Of a stretch of DNA of 64,000 nt, positions 15,247-28,605 are shown one piece after another. A model generated the notes under the pieces. That model saw nothing but the letters and a program-made list of their open reading frames with translations, did no database searches and was not told the origin of the DNA. Every line of letters begins with the position of its first letter. Position 1 is the stretch's first letter. The translations under genes and the position numbers were made by a program. The stretch lies in contig OZ024751.1 of the NCBI GenBank assembly GCA_964016885.1, forward strand, positions 12,338,001-12,402,000. Direction: 5' to 3'. The DNA is from Eledone cirrhosa (Eukaryota).

Positions 15247-15633
15247 ATACCTTCCTGCCAGATGATTGAACGTCTGAAAGTATATACTTTCCTTATGTAT
15301 ATTAACGGCTGAGCAGGCTAATTTGCATATCGAGTGAGTTAGTCGGCCGGGCGCACCGAAAACGATAAATGGAAAAGAATGAAACGAAATTTCATTTCTC
15401 ACTCTTAGTACGGCTGATAATTAAATGTAAGTATGTATGCGTACACATATATATGTATAAAGACGTACAGTAGTATGTATATATATACATACATGCACAC
15501 ACATATATGTATGTACGTATGGGTTTACCGAACATTTATTATAATGTCGGTTTGTTTGTAAACAAACAGCCCGAATTACTTCGTACATTGTTCGGCAACC
15601 ATTGTCGCCTTTTTGTTCAACACTGACACAGGA

Positions 15634-15676
15634 ACGATGTACTAATTTCAAGCTTATTAGCTATCGTCAGCATCGT
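15634..15676 (-). ncRNA. Type I hammerhead ribozyme, array unit 3
   Basis: Identical to the unit 2 HHR, 430 bp away. Confidence 0.8.
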
Positions 15677-16103
15677 ATACCTTCCTGCCAGATGATTGAA
15701 CGTCTGAAAGTATATACTTTCCTTATGTATATTAACGGCTGAGCAGGCTAATTTGCATATCGAGTGAGTTAGTCGGCCGGGCGCACTGAAAACGATAAAT
15801 GGGAAAGAATGAAACGAAATTTCATTTCTCACTCTGATACTTAAATGTAAGTATGCATGTATACGTACATACATATATGCATACAGACGTACAGTAGTAT
15901 GTATATATATACATACATGCACACATATATATATGTACGTATGGGTTTACCGAACTGTATACATATATGTATGTACGTATACATACATACTTACATTTAA
16001 GTATCAGCCATACTAAGAGTGAGGAATGAAATTTCGTTTCATTCTTTTCCATTTATCGTTTTCGGTGCGCCCGACGACTCAGATATGTATATGTATATAT
16101 ATA

Positions 16104-16749
16104 AATGAAAAATGGCGAGCTTTGTTGTTGCAAATATAATATATATAAAAATAAAGAATTAGAAATAAAAGCCTGGACTATCCGTCATCAGTGGTCTACA
16201 AATCATCATAGGTATTTCTTCGCATTACAAACCATATACCTCCGGCTAGGGCAATGCAATAACTATATTAAGTTATTGGGATAAAAAGAGTTTGGTGGAG
16301 AAAGAGAGACAGGTAAACAAACACGAATAGTGAGGCAACGTAAAGAGAGGAAAAAATTAGAAAATCAAGTCAATAATTCATTTTGAACATAAGAACGGGC
16401 GAATATTGACGATAGACAAATGACACATCCTGGCAGTGCGAATGTGAGCGAGGAAAGAATTTCGTACGGTGTGGGTCGATGGAGGAAGTGAGAGAGAGGG
16501 TGAGTAGCAGAGAGTGAGAGAGTGAAAGTGTGAGGAAGATGCTAGCCGAGAGAGGGTGACTAGCAAAAGGAGTGAGTGAAAGTAAGAAGGAGAAGGAGAG
16601 AGAAGGGGGAGAGAGAAAGAGGATAGCAGTAAGGGAAGAGAAAAAGACAGGTCACAGCGAAGGGGAAAGCATATATGAATGAAAAATGGCGAGCTGTGTT
16701 GTTGCGAATATGATATATATAAAAAAGAAGAATTAGAAATAGAAGCCAG

Positions 16750-16755
<6 letters not shown>
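16104..16755. mobile_element. About 650-bp element with about 75-bp diverged direct terminal repeats, in (TA)n
   Basis: ATGAAAAATGGCGAGCT.TGTTGTTGC...GAATTAGAAATA.AAGCC.GGACTA occurs at about 16105 and 16679. Confidence 0.55.
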
Positions 16756-16795
<40 letters not shown>

Positions 16796-16821
16796 AACCA
16801 CAGACCCTCCATCTCAACTCA

Positions 16822-16859
16822 CCTTTTGAAAAGCAGAAGAACTGCGAAACCGGTAAAGG
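16822..16859 (+). ncRNA. Hammerhead ribozyme with U3:A8 variant core
   Basis: CCTT-TTGAAAA-GCAG aagaa CTGC-GAAAC-CG-GTA^AAGG, then AATAAA. All three helices pair. Host element about 16791-16932. Confidence 0.75.
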
Positions 16860-16928
16860 AACCAAATAAATATATATATTTAAAAAAAAAATAAGACTCC
16901 AGTTGCATTTTCGATTTCATCTCTTTTT

Positions 16929-16964
<36 letters not shown>

Positions 16965-16967
<3 letters not shown>

Positions 16968-17377
16968 ATAAGAAACGGAGTATCAGTGGTACGACGAATT
17001 AGAATTTATTAGACATATTACAATCGTTTCTCTGGCGACCAGCTCGAGGCACGATCGATGCAATGATCGAACCTGACTCTGAAATCGCAAGATCCTCAGA
17101 TACGTCTCGATTCTACGAAGCAGAGTTTCCAAATGTCCAGTTATATTCGAAGAATCGAGACGTATCTGAGGATCTTGCGATTTCAGAGTCAGGTTCGATC
17201 ATTGCATCGATCGTGCCTCGAGTTGTTCGCGAGAGAATCGATTGTAATATGTCTAATAAATTTTAATTCGTTGTACCACTGATACTCCGTTTGTTATGTG
17301 ATATTATACTCTGCTCTGTAAGAGCATCGAGTTTTCAAATAGCCTACCGCATACGGACGCTTTAAGCATCCCACACC

Positions 17378-17382
<5 letters not shown>
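16965..17382. mobile_element. Fold-back HHR-bearing element
   Basis: 16965-17120 is the reverse complement of about 17148-17302. Flanked by (TA)n. Homologous to 548-790. Confidence 0.8.
17011..17107 (-). ncRNA. Type I hammerhead ribozyme with extended helix II
   Basis: AGACGTAT-CTGAGGA-TCTTGCGA[about 46-nt insert]TCGCCAGA-GAAAC-GATT-GTA^ATATGTCT, then AATAAA. The mirror copy at 17158-17254 (+) has GAAA changed to GAAT. Confidence 0.75.
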
Positions 17383-17442
<60 letters not shown>

Positions 17443-17614
17443 ATACAATAACAGAGATAGCTTTAAGCTAAACTCCGACTGGTAACCATCTCACTCAACA
17501 AAGATTAGGTTATACGTTAGTATAAACCCAATTTAAGTGTTTGGGGTGCTAACTATATGTATTTTGTGGAAAGCCAGTTATATTATTTCATATGAGATAT
17601 AATTAAAGTTAAAA

Positions 17615-17809
17615 TAGGAAAAAGGAAAAACACTCAGGACGCCGACAGCTGACCTGCCGTTTCGACAGCTAGATCCAAGGTGGATGTGGAAACGGCCGGA
17701 GCTCAGCCGTCGGGGTTCTGACTCTTTTCCTATTACCCACTCTACTACTCTAAGTATAGAGTACTCTGGTGCGTTATGGTCCTCCTGGTATCTTACCACA
17801 CCCTCTTTG

Positions 17810-17812
<3 letters not shown>
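17615..17812 (+). mobile_element. Diverged copy of fold-back family F
   Basis: Shares TATTACCCACTCTACTAC.CTAAGTAT.GAGTACT.TGGTGCGTTATGGTCC with the other family F copies. Confidence 0.75.
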
Positions 17813-17865
<53 letters not shown>

Positions 17866-18182
17866 ATATATAGGTGTAAGTGCACTAAATCCCTTTCTAT
17901 CACGCTCCACTCTCCTACCCACCACAGGAAGATATGTGTATGTATATTGCTTCCACCCCTCACTGACCAGCAGCTGGCCAGTTGGTGATTGCTAAATCTG
18001 ACCTTTATAAAATAACCCACATCAAATAACTTCTCATTCACTACCAGAAAGGGACACAGCAGTCAACCTGTTGTTGCTACCTAGATGAAAACTGCTATGA
18101 AATCCCACAATGAATTTTATACTTGAATTTTCAAATCTCAAATTTTAACTCTTCGTATTATTAATTTTTCTTAATATTAATC

Positions 18183-18230
18183 AACATTTGAAAAGATGGC
18201 TTTTGCAGACCCATCGAAACCGGTCATTTT
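18183..18230 (+). ncRNA. Hammerhead-like motif with U3:A8 core (second family)
   Basis: AACAT-TTGAAAA-GATGG cttttgcagac CCATC-GAAAC-CG-GTC^ATTTT. Helix I has one mismatch. Confidence 0.6.
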
Positions 18231-18366
18231 TTATACCCTTTATTATTTCCTTACCTTATACAATTATGTTTTTTTACAAAAAAGTATTCTGTCTCTTATA
18301 TATTCCATGTGCCATTACCAACCTCAATTTTCTCTATAACCTTCGTTTTGTGTAGAAAATTACACT

Positions 18367-18411
<45 letters not shown>

Positions 18412-18630
18412 AGTTTGTGGGTGTGCGTGTGCGTGTGTAATATTAATTCTTTATCGCCATTATATATATATCGCCGATATATATATAGTGTACCTCACAC
18501 TTTGGATTTCTCCTCCAATCCTTCACTTGTACACCAATTATCCTAGCATCAAACCTGTCATCTTTCCCCGCCGGATGGGGAGATCTCCCGCCAACATTGG
18601 TGTGGGTGAGAGATGTCTTTTTTGTGAAAA

Positions 18631-18797
18631 TGGGTAGAGAGTCGGACGCCATGCTTTCCAGCAGAGTTACATCCCTTTACGATCTGTGTTCAAATCCCGC
18701 CGAGGTTGACTTAGCCTTTCATCCTTACGAGGTCGATAAAATAAAGTACCAGTAATGCACTGGGTAATTGCTGGCCTTGTGCCTAAAGTAGAATCAA
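18631..18797 (+). mobile_element. SINE family A copy
   Basis: Nearly colinear with 8216-8392. Confidence 0.85.
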
Positions 18798-19994
18798 TTA
18801 TGTAAAATCTCCCAATTTTGCCTCATTTCTCACCACTTTGGGGCACTTTGTTTCATGGTACTCCCCGTCATGGTACTCCCTGTTCTGACGTTGGCAGCTC
18901 TAGTTATATGTAGAGCGTTACAAAACCTAGGTCCTTTGAAGGAAACTATATAAAGCTATCATTCCTGTAAAATAAGTGATGTCTGGTTTAGATTGACATC
19001 GTAGTTCGGGTTACATGACTAAAGTAGGATTACTATCTAATGCTGACAGATACAGATACGGGGTAACAGCTGGCCGATTATAAAACATACGTATAACAAT
19101 TTAAGAGGGTTAACAACCAGGATCATTTGATTAATTTGTGTCCGAATATTTAAGTTCGGAATATCGGTGGACGAAAGTTTTGTTTTAAATCAATTTTCCG
19201 GACAGATAATTAGATTCAATTTTAACCCGGTTGGTGTATAATTGTGTAATTATTTAGACACATGCACACACATATACAGACACACATACACACATACGAA
19301 GAGACACACATACACATACACACGCTTACACACACAAACATACTCACACTTGGATACATTCACACGAACTTTGGTGTAATGATTTAGATGAACAGAAATA
19401 AAGAAATAGAGACGCATGCGGGGCACACACACACACAAACACATACACACATGTATACACACATGTGAAGACAACTATAGACATATATATACACACACTT
19501 ACACACACTCACACACACATGCCAACACACACAATCACATACATACACATGTACACGTATATACAAACATACTCACGTACACACACATACACACGTATAT
19601 ACCAATATACTCACATACACACACATACACACGTATATACAAACATACTCACGTACACACACATACACACGTATATACCAATATACTCACATACACACAC
19701 ATACACATGTATACATACACACGAATAATGAGACAAAGACAAAGATATATAGAGAGATAAAATCACATATACGTATCTGAATATATTTACATATATAATT
19801 GAATTAATATATCAAAGCATTTATACCTACGTTAGTATAAATTAAAATTAATGACTATACATATGTAAATAATTTTCAAATCATTCTAGAAATTCAAATT
19901 TAATGCAAAAGCAAAACAGAGTTTAAACAAGTAAGTAGTTATTCTTTTACTTCCTCTCTATCTCTTTCTCGTTTCCCCTCTCTCCTTTTCTGTC

Positions 19995-20122
19995 TTTCTC
20001 TGGAAGAAATCTGCTGTACTTAGGCCTAGAGAATGATGAGCTTCACCGGGGTTTAAAATGTTCAAAAAATGCCGGATGTCAATACGGTGCCCCTACGACA
20101 ATATCAGGATTTGTGGGACCAT
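19995..20122. repeat. Old interspersed repeat, unclassified
   Basis: Diverged reverse-complement match to about 54048-54177. Confidence 0.5.
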
Positions 20123-20295
20123 ATATAAAATACATATGAATGTATGTATGGACGCATAACACCCGAGTAAGTCATTGGAGCTGCATACGGTGTATCTAGA
20201 GCGTTTTCTTTTAAAAAAAAACTCTGGCGAAACTCATTTCCTCTCCAGGTCTAACTATTAGAGAGAGTGAGATTGAGGAAGAGATATAGAGGAAG

Positions 20296-20400
20296 AATCG
20301 ACCCCAGTACTAGACTGGTACTTTTTTATCGACCTTGATTGGATGAAAGGCAAAGTTGATTATGACGGGATGTAAAATCAGAGAGCAGATATTTGAAACT
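20296..20400 (-). mobile_element. SINE family A-related fragment
   Basis: GACTGGTACTTTTTTATCGACC...GGATGAAAGGCAAAGTTGA. Similar fragments at about 41096-41180, 52090-52160, 54220-54305 and 57172-57235. Confidence 0.7.
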
Positions 20401-20899
20401 AATACCCCAAACCATTCTATCCGATGTTCTAGCAACTCTACAAATTCACCACTACAATACATATGTAGTAACACTATATTTATACCAAGGCTACATAAGT
20501 TGTATGGATGGATTTGTGGATGTTTTGATGCATATATTTATGTATGGATGGAGGGAAGGTTGGTTTCACGCATGGATGGTTGGATGATCCTGTGACACAC
20601 ACACATATACTATTTTGCGTGTTTGTGTATACTCATAAACTTACTGTGAGAATTATTTTGTGACAAATTTTATATTGTCATAAAAATAATAAATGTAGAA
20701 GCCATCATTTTAGGTAATTTGAAATTTCGATTTAAGTTAGAGGTTTCGAGTAGAAAATCCCTTATCAAAGCAAAATAAATTAAGGAAGGATGCAGCATGT
20801 TATATGTTTTGAGATCCCATTGTCTTGTATTACCTGAACTGTATTCTGTGGAAAGAAGAAAAAAAGAACAACAACGAAAACACAAACAACAATATCTTG

Positions 20900-20959
<60 letters not shown>

Positions 20960-21941
20960 GATAATAACGATTTCATTTATTGGCCACAAGGGCCGACATA
21001 TAGGGGACAATAGAAAAGACTGGGACAGTGGGGTTTTACAGAAAAATCGAGTAAACAATAGGAATAACAATAACAAAGTAACAAGAAAAATACAAGAAAA
21101 ATTCCCCAATAGGGGGGATGACCACCCAGGGTTCGCTCAGCTACCCATACTACTACGATAATAACATGAGATATTAGATCAAGGAGTTCTACTACTGTCA
21201 TTACTAATACTATTACACATTCTACAACTACAACAACAAATACTAATACTACTGCTGCTGCTGCTGTTGCTACTGTGACAAAAAAGCTGTGGTAAATGAA
21301 CCACAGAAACATACACACACGTAAACATAAATGAACGCTCGACTGACAGTGAAGCGCAACCAGGCAATGCAGTGACGCAAATACACACAAGAAAATAGAC
21401 GCAGGCATACACATACACACACAGAGTTACACAGGCGGAAACACGCAAATACACATAAATCAACACAGACGCATACACATAAACAGAATAATACACACTC
21501 TCTCTCTCTCACACAGACACACACACACATGCATATACACACATACTCATACGCACACACTCACGCACAGAGAGAAAGGCGTGCACACACAAATGAACGG
21601 ACAGACAAATGCAACCATCCAATGCAGACTGCCACAAACACACATGCACACAAAAAAACACACACGTATATACACACACACACACACACATGTACACACA
21701 TACACACACACACTCAGACACACCCATGCATGCGTATACAATCACACACATACACATGCACACACACACACACACATAGAAACACACACACACACACGCA
21801 CACAGAAACATACACACACACACAGTCACACACATACACACACACAGAAACACACACCAACACATTCACACACACAGAGAAACACACTCACACATACATA
21901 CATACATGCAGGCAGAAAGATGATCATAACAGTGAGATACA

Positions 21942-22425
21942 TGCAGCCAGCCAGCCAGCCACAGCGCCAGCCAGCAAGACCACCATCCAGCCAACCAGCC
22001 AGTCAGTCAGACAGCCAGCCAGACAGACATCCAGCCAGCCAGCCACCAGACAACCATCCAGACAACCAACCAACCAGCCATCCAGCCAGACAGCCAGCCA
22101 ATCAGAAATCCAGCCAGACAGCCAGATAGCCAGCCAGAAAGTCAGCTAGCCAGCTAGCTAGCCTACCAGCCAGCCTGCCAGCCAGCCAGAAAGTCAGCCA
22201 GCCAGCCAGCCAGACAGCCAGCCAGATAGCCAGCCAGCCAGAAAGTCAGCCAGCCAGCCAGCCAGCCAGAAAGTCAGCCATCCAACCATCCAACCTGCCA
22301 GCCAGCCATCCAACCATCCAGCCTGCCAGCCTGCCAGCCTGCCGGCCAGCCAGCCAACCATACAGCCAGCCAGCCAGACAGCCAGATAACCAGCCAGCCA
22401 GAATGTCAGCCAGCCAGCCAGCCAG
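21942..22425. repeat. (CAGC)n/(CCAG)n tetranucleotide satellite
   Basis: Directly visible. Confidence 0.95.
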
Positions 22426-22627
22426 TGCAAGATATGTGTCAAACACACAGACACACTCAACAACATACATTTACACAGAACTCGGGAAGTTAGCGCACCG
22501 CTGTTCTATTTGACGATGTAATCTTGTTTTTGTTCTTAGATTTTCGTTACATTTTTCGCTATTTTTCACGCACAGAACTGCTAGAAAGCTAGGATTCTTC
22601 CCTGCCTGTCTCGTCTCACCACACACA

Positions 22628-22706
<79 letters not shown>

Positions 22707-23002
22707 TGCTCACACTCTCCTTCTCTCTCACTTTCTCTCGCTCTACACAAGCTAACAGAATATATCAATGATTGAATTGGATAGCAAATGGAGCAGTAGA
22801 ATCTATGGAAGGGGCCTGTCTGTATCGGCTGTTGTAAAGCGGCGTGTGGATGGCTACAGGGTTAGAGCAGTCAGTGAGTGAATGTGTGTGTGTCTGTGTG
22901 TCTCTATGAGTGCGTTTGTTCGTGCATGTGTGTGTGTGTGTGAATTTACTGATGCGTGCGTAAATACACATACATATATAGTTTATATGTAGATATGCGT
23001 GC

Positions 23003-23049
<47 letters not shown>

Positions 23050-23131
23050 CATACATATTCATACATGCATTTGCGGGGCAGTGAGAAATAGAGTTAAAGA
23101 CACACACATATATATATATATATATATTTAT

Positions 23132-23164
<33 letters not shown>

Positions 23165-23733
23165 GAGATAGTAGACGAATAGTATTGACCAAGGTGATAT
23201 ATCAAGATTGGGGTAAATGTATAGCAATGGGTATATATCGTATGGATAGTAGTGTGAGAGAATGATCAGAGTGAAGGAGAGTGAGTTAAAAAGGGCAGGA
23301 AAGTGAGGGAGAAAGAGTAAAAGCGCGACGTAGAAGGTGGGAAAGAGTAAGACAAAGAGAGAGGGGGTTGAGGGGGGGGGGGGGGGGGTAGCGGCAAATG
23401 TCAGTAAAAATGAGTGGACGAGGGGGTAACAGTTAGGCACATGGAGCCACGAGTTCGAACCCAGATACTAGTTTCGTTGTATTTTCATTGCCATTATAAA
23501 TATATATTCAACAACGCTGTATATATATATATGTATATATATATATATACCGAACAATATGATAAATGTTCGGTAAACCCATACGTACATATATATGTGT
23601 GTGCATGTATATATATATATATATACATACTACTGTACGTCTGTATACATGTATGTATGTACGTATACATACATACTTACATTTAAGTATCACCCATACT
23701 AAGAGTGAGACATGAAATTTCGTTTCATTCTTT

Positions 23734-23835
<102 letters not shown>

Positions 23836-23977
23836 AACCTGTATGGAAGGGACGATTATGAATGAAATAAATAGGAAATGTTATGAAAAAGAAACTGAAG
23901 AGATGATGTTGATAGAATATTCATGTGAAATATGGGACAAAATATGAGCATGTTAACTGTGGATAGAAAACTGTGAT

Positions 23978-24017
<40 letters not shown>

Positions 24018-24069
24018 TCAAACACACACATGCACGCACACACACACACATATATATATATATATACAC

Positions 24070-24104
<35 letters not shown>

Positions 24105-24122
24105 CACTCAAACACTCACATG

Positions 24123-24246
<124 letters not shown>

Positions 24247-24325
24247 CACTCAAACACACACATGCACACACACATGCACACACACGCAAACACACACGCA
24301 CACACACACACACAAACACACACAA

Positions 24326-24364
<39 letters not shown>

Positions 24365-24366
<2 letters not shown>

Positions 24367-24560
24367 GGAACAAGTATGACCCCGACGGCAGAGCTCAGGC
24401 CGTTTCGTCGGCTATTTTTGGACTGAAATAGCCGTCGAAACGGCTTGAACTCTGCCGTCGGGGTCATACTTGTTCCTATTACCCACTCTACTACCCTAAG
24501 AATTGAGTACTTTGGTGCGTTATGGTCCATCTGGTTCCTTACCACAATTCCTTCGTAATA
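24365..24560 (+). mobile_element. Fold-back family F copy
   Basis: About 55-bp inverted arms (TAGGAACAAGTATGACCCCGACGGC...GCCGTCGGGGTCATACTTGTTCCTA) plus the unique tail. Flanked by (TA)n. Confidence 0.85.
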
Positions 24561-25188
24561 TATATTTATATATATATATATATATATATATAAAGTTTGA
24601 TATTGAAATGGGTTCTACAGGAATAGAACAGTTTCATGAAACAGTTCTAGTTCTGTAGAAAACGATTCTATATTAAAATTGATGTTTACAAACGCCTAAT
24701 ATATTGAGTAACTTGGTAACTGAAATTACCCCCGACTGAACCCGGGACTCACACACTCATCCACACATATATATTTATATAAATATATATTTATATATAT
24801 ATGTATATATATATATTTATATATTTATATGAAATATATTTATATATATATTAGTATGAATATATGTTTATATATATATTTATATATATATATATATATA
24901 TACTTATATATTTATATAAATACATATTTATATATATATATGTATTTATCTATATATATTTATATATTTATATAAATATATATTTATACATATATTTATA
25001 TTTATCTATATATATTTATATATATAAATATAAATATATGTATAAATATATATTTATATAAATATATAAATATATATAGATAAATACATATATATATATA
25101 TATAAATATATATTTATATAAATATATAAGTATATATATATAAATAAATATATATATAAACATATATTTATATATATATAATATATAT

Positions 25189-25230
<42 letters not shown>

Positions 25231-25248
25231 TATGTATAAACATATATT

Positions 25249-25302
<54 letters not shown>

Positions 25303-25624
25303 GTCGGCGCCCCAGCATGGCCCCAGCCGGATGGCTGTAACTTATAATAGAGTATATATATATATTTATATATAGATATATATACGCATATATATAGTAT
25401 AGTTGTGCACGTGTGTATAAATGTATTATGGCAGTCACGGTGTTGGGGGTGTGTTGAAAAAGTAAACGTTTGTGAATAAATAAGACTGACGATATAACGA
25501 ATATGATGACAGTGGTGATGATGATGATGGTGATGATGATGATGGTGATGATGATGATGGTGATGATGATGAGGAGGATATAGAAAAGAATTCTCCGAAG
25601 TTTGAAGAAGAAAGATCGACTACT

Positions 25625-25677
<53 letters not shown>

Positions 25678-26039
25678 TAAAAATAAAGAGGAAGACAAAC
25701 ATGTAGAAGAAAAAGAAAAAAGATATAGAAGAAGAAGAAAACAGATGTAGAAGAGGAAGAAAAAGATGTAGAAGAAGAAGAAGAAGAAGAAGAAGAAGAA
25801 GAAAAAGATGTAAAGAAGAGGAAGGAGATGAAGAAGAAGAAAAAGACGTAGAAGAAGAAGAAGAAGAAGAAGAAGGAGAGGTTGTAGTGCGTCCGGAGAC
25901 AAAAAGGAAAGAAAGGAAGAGAGGGAAGCACCAGTGTTCCGGAAAATGAAGACACGGGGTAAATATATCCCTTGTATATATATATATATATGTATATATG
26001 TGGGTGTGTGTGAGTGAATGTGCTTGTATGTATATATGT

Positions 26040-26076
<37 letters not shown>

Positions 26077-26150
26077 ATATATTTACATTAAATAGCACAT
26101 ATATATATATATATATATATATATACGTATTCATATATATGAATATACAT

Positions 26151-26184
<34 letters not shown>

Positions 26185-26291
26185 TCGAATGCATATATAT
26201 ATGAATATACATGTATGTATGTATGTATATATAAACCAATACATCGAAAGTTTCATTCAAAAGAGCGGGACTAAACATAGAACCACGTGGT

Positions 26292-26327
<36 letters not shown>

Positions 26328-26990
26328 AACATATATGTATTACGCATATATGTATATTAATATATACATATGTCTACACATATGTATCTATCCCTCTATG
26401 TGCATATATATATATATATATGTGCGTATATTTGTGTGTATATATATATATTTATGTATAATGCGTGTGTGCGTGTGTGCGTGTATGCGCGCGCGCGCGA
26501 ATGTTTGTATAAGCCTGGTTTGCGAAACAGTAGGTTTGTGTGTGTTGTTAATAAAAAAACTACGTGTTTATATTTAAATGTGGTAATGTGTTCTGCTTAC
26601 CTCAACCCGCGAATAGCACAGGTATGCTGATGAGCCACATAGAATTATTGCTAGTAAATTGACAAATATGTTTGTTTCTACATCGGGCAAGACGACATAT
26701 CGGGTTGTATTGTTCTGATGCTGGCTATTTGGTGCATACATGTGTGTGTATGTATATACACAGACATACATGTATATATATATATATATAACTTTGATAC
26801 CCTGTGTATTAATTTATGGTAACAATGTATATAAGTATTTATGTATGTATGTACGTATCTATGTATATATTTATATATTTATGTAAGTATGTATATATGC
26901 ATGTACTATGTAAGTATGTGATTATGTGTAAACATGTATGTCAACAAATATTACACAGACACACACACATATACATATATATATACATAA

Positions 26991-27039
<49 letters not shown>

Positions 27040-27042
<3 letters not shown>

Positions 27043-27231
27043 CGAAGGAAATGTAGTAAGGAACCAGATGGACCATAATGCACCAAAGTACTCAATACTT
27101 AGGGTAGTAGAGTGGGTAATAGGAACGAGTAGGACACCGACGGCTGAGCTCAAGCCGTTTCGACGGCTAATTCCGTACAGAATTAGCCGTCGAAACGGCT
27201 TGAGCTCAGCCGTCGGGGTCCTACTCGTTCC

Positions 27232-27232
<1 letters not shown>
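27040..27232 (-). mobile_element. Fold-back family F copy
   Basis: Same tail in reverse orientation, near-perfect inverted arms at 27120-27232. Flanked by (TA)n. Confidence 0.85.
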
Positions 27233-27270
<38 letters not shown>

Positions 27271-27334
27271 TCATTATTAGTAAAGTTAAAATTTAAACAA
27301 AGAATTTCTGTTTTCACCATTTTACGGGATCTTC

Positions 27335-27478
<144 letters not shown>

Positions 27479-27774
27479 TTTCTTTAACTATATTATTGGA
27501 TATTGAAATGTTATATATAATCTATGTGTATATAGGGTTATACACATGTATTAAATTTGAAATAAATATACATGCATGTATGGTTTGCTAGTGTCTTTTA
27601 AACATACCAAGGAGATGATACCAGAATGGCATTCTTTTTCTATTAAGTGGTCACATACAAACATTTCCGTAAAACCGAAATATTACTCTATATATTTCGA
27701 TGAATACATGAAGGTATACATACACGCACGCTCGTATATATATATAAATATACATATATATGCCAATATCTATA

Positions 27775-27818
<44 letters not shown>

Positions 27819-28030
27819 CATATATATATTTCTATGTTTGTTTACTTGTCTCGCTCGCTTTACGCGATTTACTTGTCCCAATAGATTGATTTAGCTATTG
27901 CTCGCACCAAATGGAGGTATATGATCTTTAAAGCGATGAAATACCAATGAAGGTTGGAAAATCACTGATGAAGGACTATTTTTATCATATGTAACCCATG
28001 TGCAACCACGCAGTATTCATTCTTCTCATG

Positions 28031-28152
<122 letters not shown>

Positions 28153-28159
28153 ATACATA

Positions 28160-28351
28160 TAGGAAAAAGTATGACCCCGACGGCAGGGTTCAGGCCGTTT
28201 CGACGGGTATGTCCAGAAATAGCTGTAGAAACGGGTTGAGCTCTGCCGTCGGGGGTCATACTTTTTCCTATTACCCAGTCTACTAACCTAAGTATTGAGT
28301 ACTGTGGTGCGTTATGTTCCATCAGGTTCCTTACCACAATTCCTTCGTTAT
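28160..28351 (+). mobile_element. Fold-back family F copy
   Basis: As at 24365-24560. Tail-only fragments also at about 29690-29785 and 31781-31857. Confidence 0.8.
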
Positions 28352-28458
28352 ATTGTACATGTATATATAAATTTATATTTATGCATAATACATCAATATA
28401 AATTTGTATATATATATATATATATATGAATTTTTATATACATATGTATAATATATTT

Positions 28459-28503
<45 letters not shown>

Positions 28504-28556
28504 CTGTGTAAATATATACTGGTAAATGAAATAATTATCTGATGTTGTTTATTACA

Positions 28557-28605
<49 letters not shown>

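Larger units (their letters stand above)
14744..16080 (-). mobile_element. Tandem array of 418/430-bp HHR-containing units with an inverted tail (retrozyme-like or tandem pLTRs)
   Basis: Units start at about 14745, 15165 and 15595. 15955-16075 is an inverted copy of 15775-15900. Each unit has an HHR. Solo fragments at about 23550-23735, 30805-30862 and 33050-33115. Confidence 0.8.

Noticed and set aside
15255-15295. Plus-strand CAGATGA...GAAAGTATATACTTT as a second hammerhead
   Set aside because: Non-canonical core and no helix I or II in the right register; better explained as two small hairpins.
14744-16080. CRISPR-like interpretation of the repeat arrays here and at 54647-55070
   Set aside because: Whole units are repeated with no unique spacers, there are no cas genes, and the context is eukaryotic.
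26625-26660. CTGATGAG as an HHR core (also 27965)
   Set aside because: No helix II or GAAA follows.
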